A DNA stretch of 52,224 nucleotides. It comes from a virus (Duplodnaviria > Caudoviricetes). Below the pieces are notes generated by a model that was not told the DNA's origin, made no database searches, and saw only the letters and a program-made list of their open reading frames with translations. The stretch is from positions 1 to 52,224 of the IMG/VR virus record IMGVR_UViG_3300025674_000061, one strand, 5' to 3'. Shown piece by piece: positions 18,302 to 25,282 of the stretch; the stretch's first letter is position 1, and each line of letters starts with the position of its first letter. The translations under genes were made by a program, and so were the position numbers.

Positions 18302-18892
18302 CTATAGTGGTTGTTGTAAATTCAATGAATGAACCTGAACCTGTTGTGCAAGTAGGCCAATATCACATTGATACCATCCTGTAGCAATATACTTATCTTG
18401 CATAGGTGGATTTCCCCTATGTAAATGAGTAAATGACCCAGGCCAAATAACTACCTTACCCTTTTCGGGTTTAATTTTAGTACTTTGATATAAAAACTCT
18501 GTCTCTCCACCCTCTTCTACATCATTAAGATAGACCATCCATGCCAGTGTTCGAGTGCTTGTATTCCAATTCAAATCCTCACCATGAAAGACATGATATC
18601 CTTCAGTTGGTGCAGTTTTTTGGAGAAGTACCAAAGAACTGATGTAATTAAAATTGGAAAGATATGGATATTTTTTCGAATAATAAAGAAGACAACCGTT
18701 AACGGGGTCCATTAGATCTGCAGCTTCTCCAGGAGAGAATGCATTCAGACATACTTGTTTGTCATGTACATGTGATGCTTGTCTAGCATTCACATATGAA
18801 GAAGAGTCTATATAATCCACCAACCAGTCACAAAGTTCTGGATTTACAGCCTCTTTGAAGACTCCGATAAAATCGTTATAGATTGGTTCCAT
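18302..18892 (-). CDS. 2OG-Fe(II) oxygenase
   Basis: YHVFHGE, LAWMVYLNDVEEGGETEF, FTHLHRGNPP, KYIATGW. Confidence 0.92.
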   Translation of the reverse strand: MEPIYNDFIGVFKEAVNPELCDWLVDYIDSSSYVNARQASHVHDKQVCLNAFSPGEAADLMDPVNGCLLYYSKKYPYLSNFNYISSLVLLQKTAPTEGYHVFHGEDLNWNTSTRTLAWMVYLNDVEEGGETEFLYQSTKIKPEKGKVVIWPGSFTHLHRGNPPMQDKYIATGWYQCDIGLLAQQVQVHSLNLQQPL

Positions 18893-18907
18893 GTTTTCTG
18901 TAGGTTT

Positions 18908-18996
18908 GCAGGCTCGCCACCAATTCTTTGACTGGAAATTGGAAACCAGGCGGGGTTACCCCATCCGCACCACTTTGTTTTAGGAACAAAGAAACC
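18908..18996 (-). ncRNA. manA-like RNA, 3' half (modules C and D)
   Basis: Two paralogous units, GGTTT-CTTTGTT-CCTAA-AACAAAG-TGGTGCGG and GGTTT-CCAATT-TCCAGTCAAAG-AATTGG-TGGCGAG, separated by GGGG-TAA-CCCC. Matches my memory of cyanophage manA RNA. Confidence 0.7.
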
Positions 18997-19248
18997 TTAC
19001 CAAAAATCCAAAGGACATTTGGATGCGCTGAATCGCACTTTGTTTGAAAGATAACATCCGCAATCTGTACATCTATGTTCTACTTCATCATAAAACTGAC
19101 AGGTAGAACAAATTTGCAACCTAGCATCTTTCACATGATCAGGAACAAGTAAGTCACCAGTACTTACAAACTCTTTGATTATACCAAAAGCTGTTTTTGT
19201 TAGGTTGGCCATCTGCTTAGAAGCGGATGGGTATTGTTGATCTTCCAT
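18997..19248 (-). CDS. Small Cys-rich (CxxC..CxxCGC..CP) protein, DUF6171-like
   Basis: Start trimmed to MEDQQY; RLQICSTC...CTDCGC...SKCPLDFW. Confidence 0.75.
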   Translation of the reverse strand: MEDQQYPSASKQMANLTKTAFGIIKEFVSTGDLLVPDHVKDARLQICSTCQFYDEVEHRCTDCGCYLSNKVRFSASKCPLDFW

Positions 19249-19257
19249 AAGATTAAA

Positions 19258-19303
19258 GGGACACACTCCCGACCAGGGCACACTTAACGTCTGTCCGAGA
19301 CAT
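19258..19303 (-). ncRNA. manA-like RNA, module B
   Basis: Hairpin ATGTCT-CGGAC-AGACGT, then TAA, then GTGTGCCCTGGTC, then hairpin GGGA-GTGTG-TCCC. Confidence 0.6.
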
Positions 19304-19931
19304 GTACAAGATTTGTTCCATTCCCAATCTCCCCATAAACAAAGTAATTAAAAGCAATGGAGTACCTAGGTTCATCAGTTTCGGAGGCTGGAACCATGTG
19401 TGTTAGGTGGGAAGGAAACAAGAGTAACATATTAGTATTCACTCTCTTCAAATGAACTAATTCATTTTGAGCGGTTAACTCATCTAAATTAAATTCCCAA
19501 GCATCACTGGTCCAAGTAGGACCCATTCTCTTGAAAACAATTCCTGGCCCAGAATTGGGTGGAATATTTAGATAGTATACACCACTAAAGACACTGTTTG
19601 AATGATGATGTTCATGACAATAGTCATTCAAGTAGTGTCTGTTTGCCCATGAGTTAGTTCTCTTTACCGTAAGTTTTCTTGAAACTCGTAAGAAATCATG
19701 CACAAAAGCGTGCATATGATTATCTATGATAGTTGCAAGATTGGATAATGGATTGTGTGCAAGCACATCAAATACATCCAGATATTGTCCATTAGGATGA
19801 TCATGAATGTCAGTATCCGTAATCCAATCTAAATGTTCAACATAAGATTGGATTCTTGACCGTTCGTCATCAGAGATGTCTAGTTGGTCATGGTAAATTG
19901 GGGTTGGGAATAGTAATTGAACATCAGCCAT
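19284..19931 (-). CDS. Putative 2OG-Fe(II) oxygenase (TIGR02466-like)
   Basis: LFPTPIY, SWAN, HHHSNSVFSGVYYL, FPSHLTHMV, RYSIAFN. ATG at 19931 follows GGTGGAG. Confidence 0.88.
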   Translation of the reverse strand: MADVQLLFPTPIYHDQLDISDDERSRIQSYVEHLDWITDTDIHDHPNGQYLDVFDVLAHNPLSNLATIIDNHMHAFVHDFLRVSRKLTVKRTNSWANRHYLNDYCHEHHHSNSVFSGVYYLNIPPNSGPGIVFKRMGPTWTSDAWEFNLDELTAQNELVHLKRVNTNMLLLFPSHLTHMVPASETDEPRYSIAFNYFVYGEIGNGTNLVHVSDRR

Positions 19932-19969
19932 AGGCTCCACCAGGGTTTTTAACGACTCTCCATGTCGTA
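19926..19969 (-). ncRNA. manA-like RNA, module A
   Basis: Hairpin ACGAC-ATGGAGA-GTCGT, then TAA, then AAACCCTGGTGG, then hairpin AGCC-TAT-GGCT. Confidence 0.6.
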
Positions 19970-20200
19970 AGACACATCATCTTTGATATAACACGGTACA
20001 CGATCTGGATCTAACCATTTCGTATACTCAAAATCCTCCATAGCAGTGGTAAGTTGCATACCATTATCACAAAGATACATGTCACTGTATCGTTTGGTAT
20101 AAGAATCTGCCTTCTGAATACGATAGTCGGGGAACCCATTGTCTAGGGTTCCAACTTCGACATACCGATAGGGAAAACGTTCAAGAATAATCTTTGTCAA
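19949..20200 (-). CDS. Conserved cyanophage hypothetical protein
   Basis: ERFPYRYVE...PDYRIQK...DMYLCDNGMQ; coupled to the upstream ORF. Confidence 0.8.
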   Translation of the reverse strand: MTKIILERFPYRYVEVGTLDNGFPDYRIQKADSYTKRYSDMYLCDNGMQLTTAMEDFEYTKWLDPDRVPCYIKDDVSYDMESR

Positions 20201-20424
20201 GCGAGTACTCCTTCAGTTTGAAGATCAGCTGCAATCAAATCAAGGACGAGTTCATAATCATCGTCAGGATCATTATAAAACTGAACTCCTTGATTGCGGT
20301 AATACTTCACAATCTTTTTGTAAATCTTAGGGTGGCGGAGGTCTAGATCCGTTTCCCGATTCACTGCGGATTGCAGAAGACTCAAATTGGTCTTGAACTT
20401 AGAAACAAACGCCGAGTTAGACAT
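20197..20424 (-). CDS. Hypothetical protein
   Basis: ORF track; lies downstream of a sigma70 promoter. Confidence 0.75.
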   Translation of the reverse strand: MSNSAFVSKFKTNLSLLQSAVNRETDLDLRHPKIYKKIVKYYRNQGVQFYNDPDDDYELVLDLIAADLQTEGVLA

Positions 20425-20447
20425 TGATCGTTGTGTTGAACAGGTTT

Positions 20448-20476
20448 ATTGTACGATGGAATGAGTCGGATGTCAA
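20448..20476 (-). promoter_or_regulatory. Sigma70-type promoter
   Basis: TTGACA-17-TACAAT. Confidence 0.8.
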
Positions 20477-20691
20477 GATCCTTCTCCAGTCTGATGATAC
20501 ATTTCAAAGTATGTATCATCAAGTTCAGAAACTAGTCCAGAATCAATAGATGCTTTGATGACTCCAGCATTAGGAACCATCATAACATCCTTACCATCTG
20601 GAGTCATGATATGAAATGATTTTCCTTGTTCTACTTGATCGAAGATGTCATCAAAGTTATCTTCAAGGTACTGCAAAGTAATCTTTTCCAT
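20473..20691 (-). CDS. Phd/YefM-fold-like small protein
   Basis: Start trimmed to MEKITLQYLEDNFDDIFDQVEQGKSFHIMTPDGKDVMMVP, because the ORF-track extension runs through tRNA-Pro. Confidence 0.6.
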   Translation of the reverse strand: MEKITLQYLEDNFDDIFDQVEQGKSFHIMTPDGKDVMMVPNAGVIKASIDSGLVSELDDTYFEMYHQTGEGS

Positions 20692-20708
20692 GAATTTAAA
20701 AAGGAAAA

Positions 20709-20782
20709 TCGGAATGATAGGATTCGAACCTACGGCCACCCGCTCCCAAAGCGGGTGCTCTACCAAACTGAGCTACATTCCG
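20709..20782 (-). tRNA. tRNA-Pro(TGG)
   Basis: Cloverleaf; anticodon arm CCCGC-TTTGGGA-GCGGG; GTTCGAAT. Confidence 0.96.
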
Positions 20783-20796
20783 AAGAAGACCTAGTA

Positions 20797-20825
20797 ATAA
20801 TACTCGATTACTACTAGGTTGTCAA
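20797..20825 (-). promoter_or_regulatory. Sigma70-type promoter for tRNA-Pro
   Basis: TTGACA-17-TATTAT. Confidence 0.8.
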
Positions 20826-21488
20826 TTAACCGATTGGGGCTGAGTTTACTTTTTGATTGGACCAATTCCCAGATCCATCATCGATGGGTTTTGGTGCCGA
20901 GAGATCGATAGTAGAAGACTTCATAGATCCAGCAGCTTGAATTTCATTAACCTTCTTCAAATAAGCGATAACACTTTCGGGAGTGCTTTCGATATATGGA
21001 TCATCTTCAGCATTATGATGAGTGGAAGGATTAGCAGACTCTTCCATGAAGACGTGAGTTACAATAAGATCTTCTACATGAATAGCATATCTCCAAGATC
21101 TTAAACCAAGTCCTTTATTATACTTTTTGACAAGGAATCCTTCTGGTTCTGCAATACCAGAGACTTCATTATGTCTTGCAGTGAAAGCAGCATTACCATC
21201 ACAAAGATACTTTACGTTTTGAACCTTTAGTTGTTTCCACCAAGCCTTCATAACAAAAGGATCGTTGATAGAAAGACAGTATACTTCATCAATACCAAGT
21301 GCCTTGATATCATCATATGCTTCATCAAAGTCAGGAACTTGACTGTTGCTGCAGGTGGGAGTGAATGCACCTGGGATACAGAAAATGATTACATTTTTGC
21401 CCCTAAGAGTATCATGGAGTGCTTCTCTCTTTAGGGTATTCTTACTGTTGAGAGAGAATAACTCAGCATTAGGTAGTTGATAAGCCAT
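20826..21488 (-). CDS. Peroxiredoxin (Prx5/type II)
   Basis: PGAFTPTCS, SINDPFVMKAW, DGN, GLRSWRYA. Confidence 0.9.
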   Translation of the reverse strand: MAYQLPNAELFSLNSKNTLKREALHDTLRGKNVIIFCIPGAFTPTCSNSQVPDFDEAYDDIKALGIDEVYCLSINDPFVMKAWWKQLKVQNVKYLCDGNAAFTARHNEVSGIAEPEGFLVKKYNKGLGLRSWRYAIHVEDLIVTHVFMEESANPSTHHNAEDDPYIESTPESVIAYLKKVNEIQAAGSMKSSTIDLSAPKPIDDGSGNWSNQKVNSAPIG

Positions 21489-21527
21489 GTTAAATCAATA
21501 GGTCGTAAACGTTAATTATATATGCAC

Positions 21528-21740
21528 TTAAGCACGGGTATTTTGTGGTTGCCTAGACAGTTTTTTGTCGAGAAAACCCTCCATAGTATAACGGAGTTCA
21601 TGGTTTTCTGTCAAGACATAATAACCAGTAAGATCTTTGCCATCATCACACCACCCATAAGATACAATTCTCTCATTCACAAGATCATGTTTCCTGTCTG
21701 TGTTGAGATAGTGGTTGTAAAGCTGGTGCAGGTTGATCAT
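21528..21740 (-). CDS. Hypothetical protein
   Basis: ORF track; coupled to its neighbour. Confidence 0.7.
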   Translation of the reverse strand: MINLHQLYNHYLNTDRKHDLVNERIVSYGWCDDGKDLTGYYVLTENHELRYTMEGFLDKKLSRQPQNTRA

Positions 21741-21982
21741 CGTTCCTCAAAATCAAGTTTACGAACTTTGCGTTTGCGTCGTTCCTCTTGGTATTTTAGG
21801 TCACTTTCTGTCAGGAAACCATGATTTTTTATAATGTTTTTAGATTTGATTAAAACAACTTCATTCAAATCGTTTGCTGTGATCGTACTGTCAGTGACTG
21901 TCATCATGTTTGAACATCCACAGCTTTGCATTCTAGTTCCGCCAACAATTTCTTTGTTGCAACATTTACATCTGGCTATCAT
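21737..21982 (-). CDS. Small putative Zn-binding protein
   Basis: RCKCC...SCGC; basic C-terminus. Confidence 0.7.
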   Translation of the reverse strand: MIARCKCCNKEIVGGTRMQSCGCSNMMTVTDSTITANDLNEVVLIKSKNIIKNHGFLTESDLKYQEERRKRKVRKLDFEER

Positions 21983-22865
21983 TGTTTTTACCTTGTATTC
22001 CTAATACAAGTTCAAACTCTTTCAAGATACTTTCGTTGGGAAATTGTTCTTTTATATTACAATACTCCAACCATCTTAAGGTAGTTCTCATAGGTTCGGA
22101 TAAACCTTTGCCATAGAGTATTGTATTTGTCCTGTCTTCCAGAGTACAGAAAGTATGAACTATATTTTCCGATTCGTATCCGATGAAGTATTGAACTTCT
22201 TTTCTAGTCTTTAATAATTTATAAGATTGAAACTCTGTGCCATAAATTGAGTGGAATAGAGCGGCTATTTGTTCAATATCAGATCTACCATACTCCATAA
22301 TTAGATTGGCAACATTAATGGAGTGATCCATAAGACTACCATCCCCATGGGGTACTTTATGCATGTCAAGGTTTTCCATCCACTCAACATACTTTTTAGC
22401 AAGAGCTGGTTGTACCCTCTTATTTTTATTATAAAGAGCTACACTCAGAGTAACTCTCGGACCAGGAGCATGTGGTTCATGATAAGTTTCTACAGGCATG
22501 AATAGAGAGTCGCCTGGGTGCAATACACACGGTTCATCATTAACGAAATACCGCATCTTGCCAATTAATTGGATCAATTCAATATCATAAAAGTCATAAT
22601 GATTATCATGTGACTTAGCATGTCCAGAGAAAGAAACATAAAGATCTATATTATGAAGATCAACTTGATCACGTAGTTTCATTTGATCTACTACATTCAT
22701 AATAGAATCAGGAAGCCAAGACCCCTTTAATATAAAGGTAGGAGTTTTACCAGTAACGCCACTAATAATATCGTAGTCACCAGAAGAAAAATCTCTATTT
22801 ATTTTTTCTATTACATCATCCCAAGTTACTTGAGATACATCGTATGTTTTTTGAGTATATTGCAT
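21966..22865 (-). CDS. JmjC/cupin domain fused to a DUF6817/HD-like domain
   Basis: Start trimmed to MQYTQK. N-terminal HYD...PGD.LFMP..YH; C-terminal PH..SLMDH...ALFHSIYGTE. Confidence 0.7.
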   Translation of the reverse strand: MQYTQKTYDVSQVTWDDVIEKINRDFSSGDYDIISGVTGKTPTFILKGSWLPDSIMNVVDQMKLRDQVDLHNIDLYVSFSGHAKSHDNHYDFYDIELIQLIGKMRYFVNDEPCVLHPGDSLFMPVETYHEPHAPGPRVTLSVALYNKNKRVQPALAKKYVEWMENLDMHKVPHGDGSLMDHSINVANLIMEYGRSDIEQIAALFHSIYGTEFQSYKLLKTRKEVQYFIGYESENIVHTFCTLEDRTNTILYGKGLSEPMRTTLRWLEYCNIKEQFPNESILKEFELVLGIQGKNNDSQM

Positions 22866-22880
22866 ATCACTCTGTATGCA

Positions 22881-22952
22881 TGGGAGATACAAGGATCGAA
22901 CTTGTGACAATCTCGGTGTAAACGAGGTGCTCTACCGCTGAGCTAATCTCCC
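22881..22952 (-). tRNA. tRNA-Val(TAC)
   Basis: Cloverleaf; anticodon loop TTTACAC. Confidence 0.95.
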
Positions 22953-22955
22953 AAA

Positions 22956-23028
22956 CTCCTCCACCTGGGCTCGAACCAGGGACATTCTGATTAACAGTCA
23001 GACGCTCTACCGACTGAGCTATAGAGGA
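22956..23028 (-). tRNA. tRNA-Asn(GTT)
   Basis: Cloverleaf; anticodon loop CTGTTAA. Confidence 0.96.
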
Positions 23029-23055
23029 ATGGGTGTTTCTATTATAACACAGAAA

Positions 23056-23337
23056 CTAATCTTGTGGAAGCTCTTCTGGATTTTCTAACTCTAACTCATG
23101 AATTAGAGGAAGACATTCTTCTTGTGCAAGGTATGCTGCAGCTTTATAAAGATCTTCTTGATCCCAAACTTTATTTTTGTTTGCTTCCATCAAGATGTCG
23201 GGATCATCATAACATAGTGATGGAAGTTCGTCAAATGTAAATGGGATGTAATTTATAAAGTACATCTTAACGAGCAAGGTTTCCTCATAAGTCTCATACC
23301 AACAATAAGATGTTTGGATCCTGTACTTCTGGGACAT
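23056..23337 (-). CDS. Conserved cyanophage hypothetical protein
   Basis: Start trimmed to MSQKYRIQTSYCWY; VKMYFIN.IPFTFDE. Confidence 0.75.
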   Translation of the reverse strand: MSQKYRIQTSYCWYETYEETLLVKMYFINYIPFTFDELPSLCYDDPDILMEANKNKVWDQEDLYKAAAYLAQEECLPLIHELELENPEELPQD

Positions 23338-23373
23338 GTCTCGTTTTCCTGACACATTACTATTTAACCAGTA

Positions 23374-23445
23374 AGCGGGTGATCGGATTCGAACCGACGA
23401 CATTCAGCTTGGAAGGCTGACGTTCTACCACTGAACTACACCCGC
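23374..23445 (-). tRNA. tRNA-Gly(TCC)
   Basis: Cloverleaf; anticodon loop CTTCCAA. Confidence 0.96.
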
Positions 23446-23976
23446 ACCTAAAGATCCTAGATAAGCAATATTACCTGCCACCATAAATCTATTGTCTACA
23501 GGACATGGTTCTACTTTATGTATAAGATGTCCAGCAAATATAACCAGTTGACCTGATTCAACTTGAATTTCATTCCCATCAATAATGATTGGGGAACTTC
23601 CTTCTGGGCAGTTTACATAATATGCAAAAGACATTGCATAAGGCCAGTGGTTGTGTTCCATGGCGGAAGCACCTTTATTATACCACATTCCCCAGTAATC
23701 TGCAATATCAAAATTTCTATGCCAGTCTGGAGAACCAAAGTATGCACTATTAGATCCTTGTGCCAATTTATTTGCACAAGAAACTAGATTAGAACGAATC
23801 CAATCAAATAGTATATCCAATTCTTCAACTGGAGATTCTTCAAGTCTTGTGCAATAGAAAGGAGTTCTAGAAGTTCCTGTTGGAAGTGTAAGATAACTAT
23901 CAGATTTAATCCATTCTATTAGTCCAGGATTAATCTGATCTGCTTTTTCAAATTGGGTTGAAAGAATCGCAAACAT
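23425..23976 (-). CDS. Putative 2OG-Fe(II) oxygenase
   Basis: WGMWY, HNH, YYVNCPEGSSP, FAGHLIHKV, RFMVAGN. Confidence 0.85.
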   Translation of the reverse strand: MFAILSTQFEKADQINPGLIEWIKSDSYLTLPTGTSRTPFYCTRLEESPVEELDILFDWIRSNLVSCANKLAQGSNSAYFGSPDWHRNFDIADYWGMWYNKGASAMEHNHWPYAMSFAYYVNCPEGSSPIIIDGNEIQVESGQLVIFAGHLIHKVEPCPVDNRFMVAGNIAYLGSLGAGVVQW

Positions 23977-23977
23977 A

Positions 23978-24059
23978 TGTCGATGAAAGGACTTGAACCT
24001 TCATGAGTTGCCTCACTGGAACCTAAACCCAGCGCGTATACCAATTCCGCCACATCGAC
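23978..24059 (-). tRNA. tRNA-Leu(TAG)
   Basis: Cloverleaf with long variable arm; anticodon loop TTTAGGT. Confidence 0.95.
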
Positions 24060-24064
24060 GAAGG

Positions 24065-24138
24065 CGACTCAAGTAGGATTCGAACCTACGACCGACTGCT
24101 TAGAAGGCAGTTGCTCTATCCAGCTGAGCTATTGAGTC
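24065..24138 (-). tRNA. tRNA-Arg(TCT)
   Basis: Cloverleaf; anticodon loop CTTCTAA. Confidence 0.96.
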
Positions 24139-24146
24139 ATGGGACA

Positions 24147-24175
24147 ATCATACCAGAGACTGGTCAGATTGTCAA
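24147..24175 (-). promoter_or_regulatory. Sigma70-type promoter between tRNA-Ser and tRNA-Arg
   Basis: TTGACA-17-TATGAT. Confidence 0.8.
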
Positions 24176-24262
24176 CGGAGAGTGAGAGATTCGAACTCTC
24201 GAAGGAGTTACCCCCTTACAGCATTTCCAGTGCTGCGCCATCGTCCACTCGGCCAACTCTCC
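24176..24262 (-). tRNA. tRNA-Ser(GGA)
   Basis: Long variable arm; anticodon loop CTGGAAA. Confidence 0.95.
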
Positions 24263-24266
24263 AAGG

Positions 24267-24348
24267 TGGGCAGGGAGGGATTTGAACCCCCGTAGGCAGA
24301 GCCAGCGGATTTACAGTCCGCCTCCATTAACCACTCGGACACCTACCC
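24267..24348 (-). tRNA. tRNA-Tyr(GTA)
   Basis: Variable arm; anticodon loop CTGTAAA. Confidence 0.96.
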
Positions 24349-24539
24349 TTCTCTTCTTTATTGAGTTTGAAGTACTTACTATAATACTTCTTTTTTAGGT
24401 TGTCAAGGACTTCCATGTCTTCATAGAAACCCATGTACTTAGTGAGTTGATAAGATCCTTCTAGCTCACTTATCAATCTTAGAATGTTTACTGAAGTTAC
24501 TGGGAGACCTCCAGGTTTGAATTCACTTGAAGGTCTCAT
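24327..24539 (-). CDS. Conserved cyanophage hypothetical protein
   Basis: GGLPVTSVNILRLISELEGS..LTKYMGF; the stop codon lies inside tRNA-Tyr. Confidence 0.7.
   Translation of the reverse strand: MRPSSEFKPGGLPVTSVNILRLISELEGSYQLTKYMGFYEDMEVLDNLKKKYYSKYFKLNKEEKGRCPSG
24378..24406 (-). promoter_or_regulatory. Sigma70-type promoter for tRNA-Tyr/Ser (intragenic)
   Basis: TTGACA-17-TATAGT. Confidence 0.65.
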
Positions 24540-24543
24540 AAAA

Positions 24544-24615
24544 TTAGGTGCGGCTATACAATTTGTGTAGATAGGGTAAACGATTTTTTGCTCTACGGGT
24601 GTTCTACCGCACCAA
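24544..24615 (-). ncRNA. Structured intergenic RNA, wcaG-motif-like
   Basis: Closing stem GGTGCGGT/GCCGCACC and inner stem GTAGA/TCTAC; fills the whole intergenic gap. Name from memory. Confidence 0.55.
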
Positions 24616-24621
24616 CAGTAT

Positions 24622-25227
24622 TTAGGCCAGGACTAACTTTTTGGTATAATCGTATGCATATTGCTGACGATACCCTTTGATACCCCAACCTAACCAGTAG
24701 TAAGCAGCAACCATATACTGATCAACTGTCTTACCATTACCTTCAAACTCAGGAAGGTAACGTTGGAAGACGCTTTCGTTGATCATGTATGCTGTCTGAC
24801 CTTCAAGTGTAGAAGGGTCATACCCATAACGTTTGGCAAAAACACCAAGGTTCCTGTAACGTCCTACACTGGTCCACTGAATAAGACCATAACCCCCGCG
24901 AGTGCAAGACTTGTAAGGAACTCTAGCCCCTCCCTCGCAAATGTTGGGATGGAAGTTGCTTTCTGATTTAATGTTTCCCATGATCGTTGCAAGGGCATTG
25001 CGATCTGAGATTCTGGTCTTCTCTTGGAGTTTTTCCAGGACATATTTCTCATTGGCATTACATCCTGGGCACGTCCAAGTCTTCGGAACCACTTTAATTG
25101 GCACCGCCTTCTCTTCATTGACACTTACATCAACTGGAGGAGGATTTTTGATCTCACTGATTAGTGGATAAGCACAAGCAGCGGGAACAGATGAAGCCAA
25201 CAAAAGTGGCAGAAGTTTTTTGAACAT
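24622..25227 (-). CDS. Phage tail lysozyme-like cell-wall hydrolase
   Basis: MGNIKSES, GYGLIQWT; N-terminal signal-like segment. Confidence 0.85.
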   Translation of the reverse strand: MFKKLLPLLLASSVPAACAYPLISEIKNPPPVDVSVNEEKAVPIKVVPKTWTCPGCNANEKYVLEKLQEKTRISDRNALATIMGNIKSESNFHPNICEGGARVPYKSCTRGGYGLIQWTSVGRYRNLGVFAKRYGYDPSTLEGQTAYMINESVFQRYLPEFEGNGKTVDQYMVAAYYWLGWGIKGYRQQYAYDYTKKLVLA

Positions 25228-25235
25228 TTAATTAA

Positions 25236-25282
25236 TTGAACTCAACATCCGTTACAGGAATTTAACTCCTCCTACGGCTCAA
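25236..25282 (-). ncRNA. Structured leader of the lysozyme gene, abiF-motif-like
   Basis: Nested stems TTGAGC/GTTCAA, CCGT/ACGG and AGGA/TCCT, with a GGATGTTGAGTTC 3' segment. Name from memory. Confidence 0.45.

Noticed and set aside
20692-23403. ORF-track starts at 20766, 22910 and 23403
   Set aside because: They lie inside tRNA genes; downstream ATGs were used instead.
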